A stretch of DNA of 15,572 nt from Chthoniobacterales bacterium (GCA_038207335.1 JBBQZX010000044.1:1-15572); one strand, 5' to 3'. Positions 1 through 8,520 are shown, counted from the first letter of the stretch. The notes: generated by a model not told the origin, from the letters alone. Numbers and translations are program-made.

Positions 1-1
1 G

Positions 2-127
2 GCGGGTGTGTGGCAGTGAAATACCGACGGCGAGAAGGGCAAGAAGAACTGCAAGCGCGGCGGGAATAGCCAGGAAAACGCCGGCTGCTACGAGAGACTT
101 CGCAAGGAATTCTGTGGTTCCGTTCAT
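2..127 (-). CDS. 5' part of a hydrophobic (membrane or secreted) protein running off the left edge
   Basis: Manual translation from ATG at 127: MNGTTEFLAKSLVAAGVFLAIPAALAVLLALLAVGISLPHTR, open to the edge with a long hydrophobic segment. Not in the ORF track because it is truncated. Confidence 0.6.
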   Translation of the reverse strand, partial: MNGTTEFLAKSLVAAGVFLAIPAALAVLLALLAVGISLPHTR

Positions 128-326
128 GGGAGACGCGTAGCGACGCCTAACTCTGAATCAGACGAAACCCTTTCGCAGTTAAAGGCGAAATGATTTCGTC
201 GATTTCGGTGGAGGGCATGAGGTGGGAGGGTTTTCCCCTGCGCCGGGGTGGGACCGGTCGGGGGTGGATGGGTTTTTTTAGGGGGTTTAGGGGGCGACTT
301 TGGTGGCGGGGTCGCTGAAGGGGCCG

Positions 327-350
327 GGGCAGGCGGAGCGCCCGCCTACA
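327..350 (-). repeat. GTAG-type REP-like palindrome, copy 1
   Basis: Minus strand reads TGTAGGCGGGCG-CTC-CGCCTGCCC: a GTAG foot overlapping a GC-rich imperfect hairpin. The 20-bp core is repeated exactly at 972-991. Confidence 0.55.
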
Positions 351-414
351 AGAGGGGCCCGAAAAGTGGCGATTTTTGCGCAAAGAGTCTTCGGAAAATG
401 ATTTTCCGGATACT

Positions 415-793
415 CCCAGCCATTTTTCCTATACGCGGAGCGGCTCCGCAGGCCGGCCCAGCCGCTTCGCCGGAATGCGAAACGGCTTTCCCGGCAAGCC
501 CCGCCGTTTCGCTGGCTGGCGGAGAGGCTTGTCCCTGTCCGCCCAGCCATTTTCCGGACATGCGGAATGACTTCGCCGATGGTCCCAGCCATTTTCCCGA
601 CACGCGAAGCGACTTCGCCGGAGGTCCCAGCCCTTTCGCAGACACGCGGAGCGGCTTCGCTGAAGGTCCCAGCCCTTTCGCCGACACGCGAAACGACTTC
701 GCCGGAAGTCCCAGGCCTTTCGCTGACACGCGGAGCGGCTTCGCCGGAGGTCGCGGCCCTTTCGCCGACCAGCGGAGTGGCTGGGCAGGTGAG
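415..793. repeat. Degenerate tandem repeat, 42-bp unit (2 x 21 bp), about 9 copies
   Basis: Units start at 415, 457, 499, then after 1 extra base at 542, 584, 626, 668, 710, 752. Consensus is approximately CCCAGCCMTTTYSCNGACACGCGRARCGRCTTCGCCGGAGGT. Confidence 0.9.
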
Positions 794-960
794 GCCGGAG
801 GCTGGCTCCAATGGCCCGAAGACGGCGCTCTTCCTCCGAACGACCCGCGGCACAGAGCCAGCGCGGGCCCGCAGGAGGGGCATGATATCCATCATGGGAA
901 GCGGAACGGTCGCACCCTGCCCCCCGCCCCGCGCCGACCGCAATGCTTTTTTTCCGGCGG

Positions 961-1000
961 CCATTGGGCTCGGGCAGGCGGAGCGCCCGCCCGGCAATGG
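961..1000. repeat. REP-like palindrome copy 2 within a longer hairpin downstream of the GH39-like gene
   Basis: CCATTG-ggct-CGGGCAGGCG-gag-CGCCCGCCCG-g-CAATGG. Positions 972-991 are identical to 327-346. Confidence 0.55.
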
Positions 1001-1030
1001 GAGGGACGCGGGGGAGATCGGCGCTGCCGG

Positions 1031-3586
1031 CTACCGGGGGGCGGTGTCTCCGGTGCCGGTGGGGAGGAGGGGGGCGGCGGTTTTGAAGAAGTGGGCGTCG
1101 AGGGCGGTGGCCCACATTTGAGCGGCTTTGCGCTGGCCGGGTGCGCTGAGGTGGATTTTGTCGACGGTGTCGTCTTTTCCAAGGGTGTCGTAGTCGGCGC
1201 CGGGGTAGCAGTGGGGGGTGTCGCGGATGACTCGCTCCTGGGTGCGGCGGATTTGGCCGACGGCGTCGGGGGGGGATTGGCGGTTGATGACGATGGCGAG
1301 GTCGGGGAAGGCGGCGTCTTTTCGCGCCTGCGCGATCCATGCCTCGTAGTTGGCGAAGAGTTTTTCTTCGTCGCGCTCGGGCCAGTCGTTTTGGCCCTGG
1401 TCGGCGAGGATGGCGCGGAGGCCGGTGACGGCGCAGTATTTCTGGAGGGCGTGCTGGAGCCGGATGTAGGGCATGCGCGCGGTGGCCCGGATGAAGGGGT
1501 GGTCGAACATTTCGCCGCGCGCGGATTTTGCCCAGTGCTCGAGGCTGGTCCCGCCGAATGCGGCGTTGAGGAGGAGGACGGGGACGTCCTGGGCTTTGGC
1601 GAGGTTTTCGGCGAAGGCGGCCCAGAAGTAGGTACCGTTGCCGGCGGGCGCGGGCTGGAGGAGGGAGTCGAAGTGGCGGCCGACGACGGGGGGGAGGAGG
1701 GCGGGGTCGCCGTTGGATTTGTAGCTGCGCTGTTTTTGCGGGTCGCCGGTGGGGAGGGCGATGGTGTTGACGCGGTCGTCGGTGGCGCCGGGGAGATTGA
1801 TGAGGCCGCCGTGGGCGACGGAGTGGCCGACGACGACGAAGACTTCGCCGATGCCGACGCGCTGGACGCGCGCGGTGGCGAGGTTTTTGCCGTCGCTGCG
1901 GACGCGGGCCTCGAGGGCGTACCAGCCGGCGGGGGCGTCGAGTTTTCCATGGAAGGTGAGGTCGGGCTGCACGGTGCCGGCGGCGCTCCACTCGCCGGCT
2001 TTTCCGCTGGCGACATCGACGAGCCGGGCCTCGACTGCGGCGCCGGGCCACGCGGATTTTCCGGCGATGCGGAGGGTGGCGTGGCCGGAGGCGTCGCGCT
2101 GGAAGACGAGGCGGTTGGCGGGGGATGTGATGGCGAGGGTGGGCAGGGCGGTGGCTCCGGCGCTGGGCTTCAGGTGGATGGATGCGACGCCGGGGGCGGG
2201 GAGTTTCAGGCGCAGGGAGGTCTCGTCGGCGGGGATGGTCTGGACGCGCGCTGTCTGGAAGTCGCTGCTTTCGCCGATGACGCGGATTTCGGCGGTGACG
2301 ACGCCGGTCCACGCGAAGCCGCTCCACTTCACGAGGACTTCCGGGCGCGGGTCGGCGAAGTTGCTGACGAGGATCGAGGCCTCGCGGCCGTCGGGCGAGA
2401 GGCCGGCGACGACGTCGAGTTTCCCGGGCACGGATCCGGCGGCTTCCACGCGCGCTGGCGTGTCGAGGAGGCCGCGAAATGCGCGCAGTGCCTGCCATGA
2501 TTTCTGCGGGACGCCCTGGTCTGAGAAGAGCCCGAAGCCGCCGATTTCGCCGTGGTAGAAATTGCAGACGTCCATGGGCACGTCTTGCAGCTCGAGGAGC
2601 GCCGAGACGATGAACGCCGCGCCGTGGGCCCCAGCCATTTCGGCGTATGCCTGCGTGCGCGCCTCCGCCGGTGCTCCGCGGGAGATGGGCTTCCAGGAGT
2701 TGTTCGGGAGAAAGTTCCACTCGTTCAGGTGGTTCTCCGTGTCGTCGAATCCGCGGGAGTCGAGCAGCCGCCGGATCGCGCGGCCCCGGGCCACCAGCTC
2801 CTGCGGATCGTCCGTGTAGCAGTGCCAGGAGAAGAAATTCACGGGGACATTGTCCTTTCGGCACATCGTGAGGAACGCGGACGTGAACTCGGTGGGCTGG
2901 AATTCGCCGTTCACGAAGCTGCCGCTCGCGCCGAGCGCCGGGCCGCCGACTTTCACCGCGGGGAAGGCGGTCTTGATGGCCTTCGCGGCGGTGCGATACA
3001 GCCGCAGATAGTCGTCGTCCGTGCCGCTCCACATGGCCGGGCGATTCTCGGGCTCGTTCCAGATCTCCCAATACTTGATGTTGTAGCGGAATCCGTTGGC
3101 CCAGCCTTCGTTGTAGTGGCGGATGATGCCGAGGCAGATCGCCGCCCACTTTTCTGGGTCCGCCGGCGGATGCACAAAGCGCCGCACGCTCGTGTGCTCG
3201 ATGCTCTCGCCGAGGCGGTAGATCGGCTCCGCGCCGGTGGCTCGCACGGCGGCGATGTATTCGTCCGTGAGGCGAAAATCGTAGCTCTCCGGCAGCGCCG
3301 GGTCGGCGTCGGGATTTGGAAACACCGCGTGGTGATCCACGACATAGGGATTCGGCCAGCCGCAGTCGTGGAGCCGCGTGAATGGGATTTTCAACTCCCG
3401 CTGCTGCTCGATGACATCGAACATCCCGCCCGGCGCGAGGGGCCCTTTGTTCACGCCATTCAGCGCGCGGACGCTCCCGGTCGGGACGGAGAAATCGACG
3501 CTGAGGACGGCCTCCTCCGCGCGCCCGGACAGCGGGAGGAGCAGTGTGAGCAATAGGACGGCGGGGAGGAGAGGCGGGAATTTCAC
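1031..3586 (-). CDS. Secreted GH39-like (clan GH-A) glycoside hydrolase fused to an SGNH/SASA (sialate O-acetylesterase/CE6-like) esterase module, about 851 aa
   Basis: Likely GTG start at 3586 gives a signal peptide (MKFPPLLPAVLLLTLLLPLSGRA|EE). GH motifs: RLHD, EIWNEPE (acid/base), FFSWHCY, HLNEWN (nucleophile). C-terminal module: FQR-containing beta segment, GIGEVFVVVGHS, AFGGTSLEHW, DQGQND, DKIH. Confidence 0.8.
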   Translation of the reverse strand: MKFPPLLPAVLLLTLLLPLSGRAEEAVLSVDFSVPTGSVRALNGVNKGPLAPGGMFDVIEQQRELKIPFTRLHDCGWPNPYVVDHHAVFPNPDADPALPESYDFRLTDEYIAAVRATGAEPIYRLGESIEHTSVRRFVHPPADPEKWAAICLGIIRHYNEGWANGFRYNIKYWEIWNEPENRPAMWSGTDDDYLRLYRTAAKAIKTAFPAVKVGGPALGASGSFVNGEFQPTEFTSAFLTMCRKDNVPVNFFSWHCYTDDPQELVARGRAIRRLLDSRGFDDTENHLNEWNFLPNNSWKPISRGAPAEARTQAYAEMAGAHGAAFIVSALLELQDVPMDVCNFYHGEIGGFGLFSDQGVPQKSWQALRAFRGLLDTPARVEAAGSVPGKLDVVAGLSPDGREASILVSNFADPRPEVLVKWSGFAWTGVVTAEIRVIGESSDFQTARVQTIPADETSLRLKLPAPGVASIHLKPSAGATALPTLAITSPANRLVFQRDASGHATLRIAGKSAWPGAAVEARLVDVASGKAGEWSAAGTVQPDLTFHGKLDAPAGWYALEARVRSDGKNLATARVQRVGIGEVFVVVGHSVAHGGLINLPGATDDRVNTIALPTGDPQKQRSYKSNGDPALLPPVVGRHFDSLLQPAPAGNGTYFWAAFAENLAKAQDVPVLLLNAAFGGTSLEHWAKSARGEMFDHPFIRATARMPYIRLQHALQKYCAVTGLRAILADQGQNDWPERDEEKLFANYEAWIAQARKDAAFPDLAIVINRQSPPDAVGQIRRTQERVIRDTPHCYPGADYDTLGKDDTVDKIHLSAPGQRKAAQMWATALDAHFFKTAAPLLPTGTGDTAPR

Positions 3587-3638
3587 GGCATCATGATGCC
3601 CGCAAAATCGGCGCGATGACGAGTCTCCCGATCGAGTC

Positions 3639-4400
3639 TCAAATCTTCCGCCCGCCAACTCGCGGCCACATCCGTCGGGAGGTGAGTCGGCTGCCGAGGG
3701 CAGACGTTCCTGCCAGGAGGAGCAGGCCGAGCGCGCCGGGCTCGGGGAGGGCGTGACGGTGAAGGCGAGCGAGCCGTTTGCGATGGCGAAATTTCCCGCG
3801 AGGCCGCTGAAGGTGAAGTCGGGCGCGGTGAGACTGCCCGGCTCGAACAGCCCGCCGCTATTCGTGATCACCGCCGCCGCCGCGGTCGAGCTTCCGCAAA
3901 ATTGCAGCCGCCCGCCGGGCGCGAACTAAGTCACGCTACCCTCATTGAAAAACTCGCCGCTCCCCGCCGAAGACGTGTCGCGGAATTTCGTCATCCCGCT
4001 GGGATCGACGCCCATCGCGCTATTGAAAAAGTTCACGCTGCCCGTCGTGATCCTCGCCCGACGAATTCAAAATCCCCGCGCCCATGATCGAGAGAATCGG
4101 CGAAACCGCTCCACCGCCCAGGATCGAAAGCTGATACGCAGGATTATTCGCTTGAAACGAGAGCGAGAGCAGGCTGAGCGAAACAAAGTCATCCACCAGC
4201 GCAAATCGCGCGCTCGAACCGAAGATCACATCGTCGCCCGCAATTGGCACGCCGCCCGACCAATTCGCCGGGTCACTCCAAAGGTCTGTCGCCCCTCCGC
4301 CGGTCCAGATGCGAGTGGCAGAGAGTAAACTTTCGCCGCACCATGCAAGCCCGAGCACGAGCGCAAGCAGCAAAACCGTGGCCGCAAAGTGACGAAGCAT
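3639..4400 (-). pseudogene. Degraded PEP-CTERM surface protein with autotransporter/beta-helix-like repeats
   Basis: Frame A (ATG 4400): signal peptide + RIWTGGGATDLWSDPANWSGGVP. Frameshift near 4051 to frame B: ITTGSVNFFNSA..FRDTSSAGSGEFFNEG, internal TAG at 3928-3926, then FCGSSTAAAAVITNSGG..LAFTVT. Frameshift near 3750 to frame C: LPEPGALGLLLLAGTSALGSRLTSRRMWPRVGGRKI, stop 3641-3639. Confidence 0.8.
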
Positions 4401-4671
4401 GCGTTCATTGCGAGTGGATGCGGGTCGGTGTGCGGTGCGCCGACTGGATGCGAAACCGACTGCACCTACCCCCGCTTCGAGACTCCCCTCGGAACCTCCA
4501 ATGTGCAATCCCAGCCTTCGCTCCGATGCAGCCCGATGCGGGACGACGCCGACAGCTCAAGCCTCCGGCTTGAGCCGCAGCCAGAGGTTTACGCGAGATG
4601 CCAGCCGTTGCCGCATCACGCGCGCGGAAATTACTCCCCGTCCGCGAGGGCTTTCGGCACGATTCAGTGCC

Positions 4672-5838
4672 ATGTCGAATTCCGCCGCTTCCCGTATCGT
4701 TCTCGCGCCGTTTTCCGAGGAGACTGTGGTCGCGGCGGCGCGGGAGACGCTGCAGGCGGCCGGCGGGCACGCGAGCGTAGGGTTCGTTTTTGTGTCGGCG
4801 GACTACAAGCCCCAGATCGCGGATTTTCTGGAGCTCGTGCAGCTCCATGCGCATCTTCCGATGCTCGCGGGTTGCAGCGGGGCGAGCCTCGTCGGGGCGG
4901 GCGTCGAGGTGGAAAATGCGAGCGGCTTTTCGCTCCTGCTGCTCGATCTGCCGGAGACGAAAATCCATGTGGCACCGCTCACGCCGACGGAGTCGGGCGA
5001 TGTGGATTGGGCGGAAGCGACTGGGGTAAAAGCGGGTGATGTGGATGCGTGGATCGCGCTGGCAGACCCGGCGAACTTCCCGCTCGATCCATGGTTGGAG
5101 GGATGGAATGCGGCGTATCCCGGCATCCCGACGATCGGCGGGCTGGCGAGCGGCGGGCAGAGCGCGGATGAACTTTTTGTGATGCGCGACCGGGAGCTCG
5201 TGGAGGGCGGCGTGGCGGTGGGATTCAAGGGCGGCGTGCGTGTGCAGGCGCTCGTGAGCCAAGGGTGCAGGCCGATCGGTGAACCCATGACGATCACGGG
5301 CGCAGATCAGAATTTCGTGATCTCGCTGGGAAATCGGCCGGCGTACGAGGTGTTGCAGAAGACATTTGAGGCGCTGCCAAATGCGGACAAGGTGGCCGCG
5401 CAGGGGAATATTTTCGCGGGCCTCGCGACTTCGGAATACGTGGATGAATTCAAGACGGGCGATTTTCTCGTGCGCAATCTCCTGGGCGCGGACCCGGAGC
5501 AGGGTGTACTCGCGATCGGGGCGTATCCGCGCGTGGGGCAGACACTGCAATTCCAGCTCCGCGATGGGCGTAGTGCGGACGCGGAGCTGCGACATCTCGC
5601 GGGCGATGCGGCGCGCGCGGGCGGGCGTCCGCTGGCGTCGCTGCTCTTCGCGTGCAATGGGCGCGGGCGGCATCTCTTCGGCGTGGAAAATCACGACGCG
5701 GGGATGATGCGCGATATCCTAAAGCCGCGCGCGAGCGCGGGATTTTTCTGCAACGGAGAGATCGGACCCGTGGGCGGGAAGAATTTCGTCCACGGCTACA
5801 CGGCATCGGCGGCGCTGTTTCTGGATGTGGTGAAGTGA
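4672..5838 (+). CDS. Standalone FIST N + FIST C domain sensory protein, 388 aa
   Basis: ATG at 4672 (MSNSAASRIV). FIST motifs GCSG, GGLASGG, VSQGCRPIG, FLVRNLLGAD, LFACNGRG, GFFCNGEIGPVGGKNFVHGYT. Confidence 0.9.
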   Translation: MSNSAASRIVLAPFSEETVVAAARETLQAAGGHASVGFVFVSADYKPQIADFLELVQLHAHLPMLAGCSGASLVGAGVEVENASGFSLLLLDLPETKIHVAPLTPTESGDVDWAEATGVKAGDVDAWIALADPANFPLDPWLEGWNAAYPGIPTIGGLASGGQSADELFVMRDRELVEGGVAVGFKGGVRVQALVSQGCRPIGEPMTITGADQNFVISLGNRPAYEVLQKTFEALPNADKVAAQGNIFAGLATSEYVDEFKTGDFLVRNLLGADPEQGVLAIGAYPRVGQTLQFQLRDGRSADAELRHLAGDAARAGGRPLASLLFACNGRGRHLFGVENHDAGMMRDILKPRASAGFFCNGEIGPVGGKNFVHGYTASAALFLDVVK

Positions 5839-5907
5839 CGCGCCGCGAATGAACGGCGGGCGGGCTGCGAGGGTCACAGCAGCTTCGATTTTCACCCGCG
5901 CCGATAC

Positions 5908-8007
5908 ATGAATTACAACCCCGCCAGCCGCCTGTTGAGTTTCGCTTTCGCGCTGCTGCTCCCGCTCGTCGCGCCAGCCTCGGCACAGGTTTTCCACGGG
6001 GTGCAGCTCGTGACTCCGAGCCTCGCGGCGGATACGTCGGCAGTCGCTCCGGGCAAGCCGTTCACGGTCGGTGTGCCGCTGAAAATGGCGCCCGGCTGGC
6101 ACACGTATTGGCAGTGGGGCGGCGATTCGGGCGCGCCGACGAAGATCGAGTGGGAGCTGCCGGAGGGCTTCAAGGCGGGGGCGATCCAGTGGCCGCTGCC
6201 GATGCCGCGTGCGGACGAGGGCGACCAGCTCACGTATGTCTATGAAGGCGAGACAATGCTGCTTGTGGAGATCACGCCGCCCGCGAATTTACCCGGGAAC
6301 GAAGCCGTGCTCCGTGCGAAACTGCGCTGGCTCGTGTGCAAAGAATCGTGCATCCCCGGCGACGCCGAGGTGTCGCTCACGCTCCCGACGACCGGTGCGC
6401 CCGAGCCCGCGAATGCCGAGCTTTTCGCGAAGTGGCGTGAGCGGTTGGCGAAGAACGCGGGTGGGCCATTCACGCTGAAATGGACGGTCGGGGCGAAGAG
6501 CGTGGAAGTGCAGGTCGCAGGTGTGCCGGCGGATTTCAAAGTCGAATTTTACCCGCTGCCGCCAAGCCCCGAGGTGCAGCCTGGGCATCCGAAAGTCAGC
6601 GCGCCAGCCGCCGACGGGACTCGCACGATCACTGTGCCATTCGACGGCGACCCAGCCGGGGCGAAATGGAGCGGCGTACTCGTGACGCAAAAGGCCGACG
6701 CGCCACGCGAGGGCTGGCTCGTCTCATCCGACGCACGCGCGACCGCTGCCGCAATGCAGCCCGCCGCCGCACTTCCCGCACCGCCGAGCCTCCTGCACAT
6801 CCTGTGGCTCGCGTTTCTCGGCGGGCTGATTTTGAACCTCATGCCTTGCGTGCTGCCGGTGATCGCCCTGAAAATCTTCGGATTCATCCAGCAGGCCGGC
6901 GAAGCGCCGGAGCGCGTCTTCCGGCTCGGGCTCGCGTTCGTCGCGGGCGTGTTCACCTTTTTCCTCGCGCTCGCAGCGCTAGTCGTCGGCTTCGAGGCGG
7001 CGGGGCACGGGTTGAATTGGGGATTCCAATTTCAAAACCCCTACCTGCTCGCGGGCCTTATCGCGCTCGTGTTCGTCTTTGCGCTTTCGATGTTCGGCGT
7101 GTTTGAAATCACGATCGGCAGCGGCGCCGCGACATCCATGGACAAGCTCGCTCATCGCGAGGGCTACGCAGGCGCATTCACGCACGGGCTTTTCACCACG
7201 CTGCTCGGCACTTCCTGCACCGCACCCCTGCTCGGGCCCGTGCTCGGCTTCGCATTTGCACAGCCAGCGCAGGTCGTGTTCCTCGTCTTCGCCGTGCTCG
7301 CGGCGGGGATGAGCCTGCCGTATTTTTTGCTGACGTGGCAGCCCGCGTGGATGCGCTTTTTGCCGAAGCCCGGCGCGTGGATGGAGCGGATGAAACAGTT
7401 CATGGGGTTCATCCTGCTCGCGGTCGTCATCTGGCTGCTCGGAGTGCTCGGTCAGAGCCGCGGGATCGAGGCGCTCGTAGCCGTGAGTTCGTTCCTCTTG
7501 GTGGTTGCGGTGGCGGCGTGGATTTACGGCTTCGCCCGGAATGCGATCGCGTCCGTGCTTGTGCTGGGGCTGATCGCAGGCGCATGGCTCTTCTTTTTAA
7601 ATGGAAAACTCGAGGCGTCCGCCCAATCGGGTTCCGCCACGGCAGAGAGCGGTGGAATCCCCTGGCAGCCCTTCACCCCCGCCGCGCTCACGGCCGCGAT
7701 TGGGCGCGGCGATGCGGTCTTCATCGACTTCACCGCGGACTGGTGCCTGAACTGCAAATACAATGAGCGATACGTGCTCGAGACCGAGCCTGTGCGCGCT
7801 GCTTTTCGCGACAAAAAAATCGTGACGCTCAAGGCCGACTGGACCAACGGCGACCCGGAGATCACCGCGATATTGAAAAAGTTCGGGCGCATCGGCGTGC
7901 CGGCATACGTCTTCTATCCGCCCGGCCGCTCAAACGAACCCGTGGTGCTACCGGAAATCCTGACGCAAGGCGCGCTGCTCCAGACGCTGTCGGCGAATGT
8001 GCATTAA
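5908..8007 (+). CDS. dsbD: Thiol:disulfide interchange protein DsbD (N-terminal periplasmic domain + TM domain + thioredoxin domain)
   Basis: Signal peptide. N-domain PGWHTYW with VCKESC. TM domain LNLMPCVLPV and TSCTAP (the two TM Cys) and PKPGAWM. Thioredoxin DFTADWCLNCK and ADWT. Confidence 0.93.
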   Translation: MNYNPASRLLSFAFALLLPLVAPASAQVFHGVQLVTPSLAADTSAVAPGKPFTVGVPLKMAPGWHTYWQWGGDSGAPTKIEWELPEGFKAGAIQWPLPMPRADEGDQLTYVYEGETMLLVEITPPANLPGNEAVLRAKLRWLVCKESCIPGDAEVSLTLPTTGAPEPANAELFAKWRERLAKNAGGPFTLKWTVGAKSVEVQVAGVPADFKVEFYPLPPSPEVQPGHPKVSAPAADGTRTITVPFDGDPAGAKWSGVLVTQKADAPREGWLVSSDARATAAAMQPAAALPAPPSLLHILWLAFLGGLILNLMPCVLPVIALKIFGFIQQAGEAPERVFRLGLAFVAGVFTFFLALAALVVGFEAAGHGLNWGFQFQNPYLLAGLIALVFVFALSMFGVFEITIGSGAATSMDKLAHREGYAGAFTHGLFTTLLGTSCTAPLLGPVLGFAFAQPAQVVFLVFAVLAAGMSLPYFLLTWQPAWMRFLPKPGAWMERMKQFMGFILLAVVIWLLGVLGQSRGIEALVAVSSFLLVVAVAAWIYGFARNAIASVLVLGLIAGAWLFFLNGKLEASAQSGSATAESGGIPWQPFTPAALTAAIGRGDAVFIDFTADWCLNCKYNERYVLETEPVRAAFRDKKIVTLKADWTNGDPEITAILKKFGRIGVPAYVFYPPGRSNEPVVLPEILTQGALLQTLSANVH

Positions 8008-8146
8008 AGCGCACATTAGGAAAAAGAAGGCACAAAAATTTTGGAATAAGACACACACTTCGGCGTCAAAGGGCTACAACCGACACGGGCGACAACTCCG
8101 AATCACTACGAATCGCCAACCGGGGCACTTCACTTTCCATACTTTT

Positions 8147-8190
8147 GCCGGCTCATCACTCCGAGAGAACTCTCGGAGAGCGGAGCAGGC
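8147..8190 (+). promoter_or_regulatory. Stem-loop or inverted repeat in the precursor leader
   Basis: Perfect 9-bp IR CTCCGAGAG-aa-CTCTCGGAG (8159-8178), extendable by GCC.GCTC / GAGC.GGC. Followed by an A-rich SD-less leader to ATG 8222. Confidence 0.5.
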
Positions 8191-8221
8191 AGATAACCAA
8201 AAACAAAAAAACAAAAAACAC

Positions 8222-8512
8222 ATGAAACGTAACTCCACACTCAAATCCCTCCTCGCCGGCGCTGCCGTCGCAGGCATCGTCACCGGCGGCTTCGTCGCTT
8301 CCTCGAATGCGGCGACCTCCACCGATCGCACCGCTTCTGCGGGCGTCATGGCCGACAAAGAAAAAGGCGAAACCCACGGCTGCGCGGGTAAGAACTCCTG
8401 CAAAGGCAAGGGCGGCTGCAAAACCGGCGACAATGGCTGCGCAGGCAAAAACTCCTGCAAAGGCAAAGGCGGCTGCGCTGTGAAAGACGGCAAGCCCGTC
8501 GAAAAGAAGTAA
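8222..8512 (+). CDS. Cys-rich secreted RiPP precursor (bufferin BufA2-like metallophore precursor), 96 aa
   Basis: Signal peptide MKRNSTLKSLLAGAAVAGIVTGGFVASSNA. Core HGCAGKNSCKGKGGCKTGDNGCAGKNSCKGKGGC with 6 Cys. Lies directly upstream of DUF692 + DUF2063 genes. Confidence 0.88.
   Translation: MKRNSTLKSLLAGAAVAGIVTGGFVASSNAATSTDRTASAGVMADKEKGETHGCAGKNSCKGKGGCKTGDNGCAGKNSCKGKGGCAVKDGKPVEKK
8378..8476 (+). repeat. Intragenic 42-bp duplication (57-bp period) encoding GCAGKNSCKGKGGC twice
   Basis: 8378-8419 and 8435-8476 differ at 4 positions, all synonymous (GCG/GCA, GGT/GGC, AAG/AAA twice). Confidence 0.95.
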
Positions 8513-8520
8513 TTAACGTC

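Noticed and set aside
415..793. CRISPR array
   Set aside because: The units are contiguous degenerate copies with no unique spacers, and there are no cas genes in the window.
248..3149. Long ORFs 248-2500 (+), 429-3149 (-) and 892-2016 (-)
   Set aside because: Shadow or alternate-frame ORFs of the GC-rich GH39-like gene, with biased G/V, R/P or S/P/T composition and no motifs.
3587..3871. N-terminal extension of the 946-aa ORF
   Set aside because: It belongs to the PEP-CTERM pseudogene and spacer. The signal peptide begins at GTG 3586.
4420..4475. Further GTAG REP-like element (..GCACCTAC)
   Set aside because: The palindrome is weak, and it is a single copy unrelated to the 20-mer at 327 and 972.
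7997..8221. 171-aa version of the precursor
   Set aside because: The extension crosses A-rich and hairpin intergenic DNA. ATG 8222 gives a clean signal peptide.
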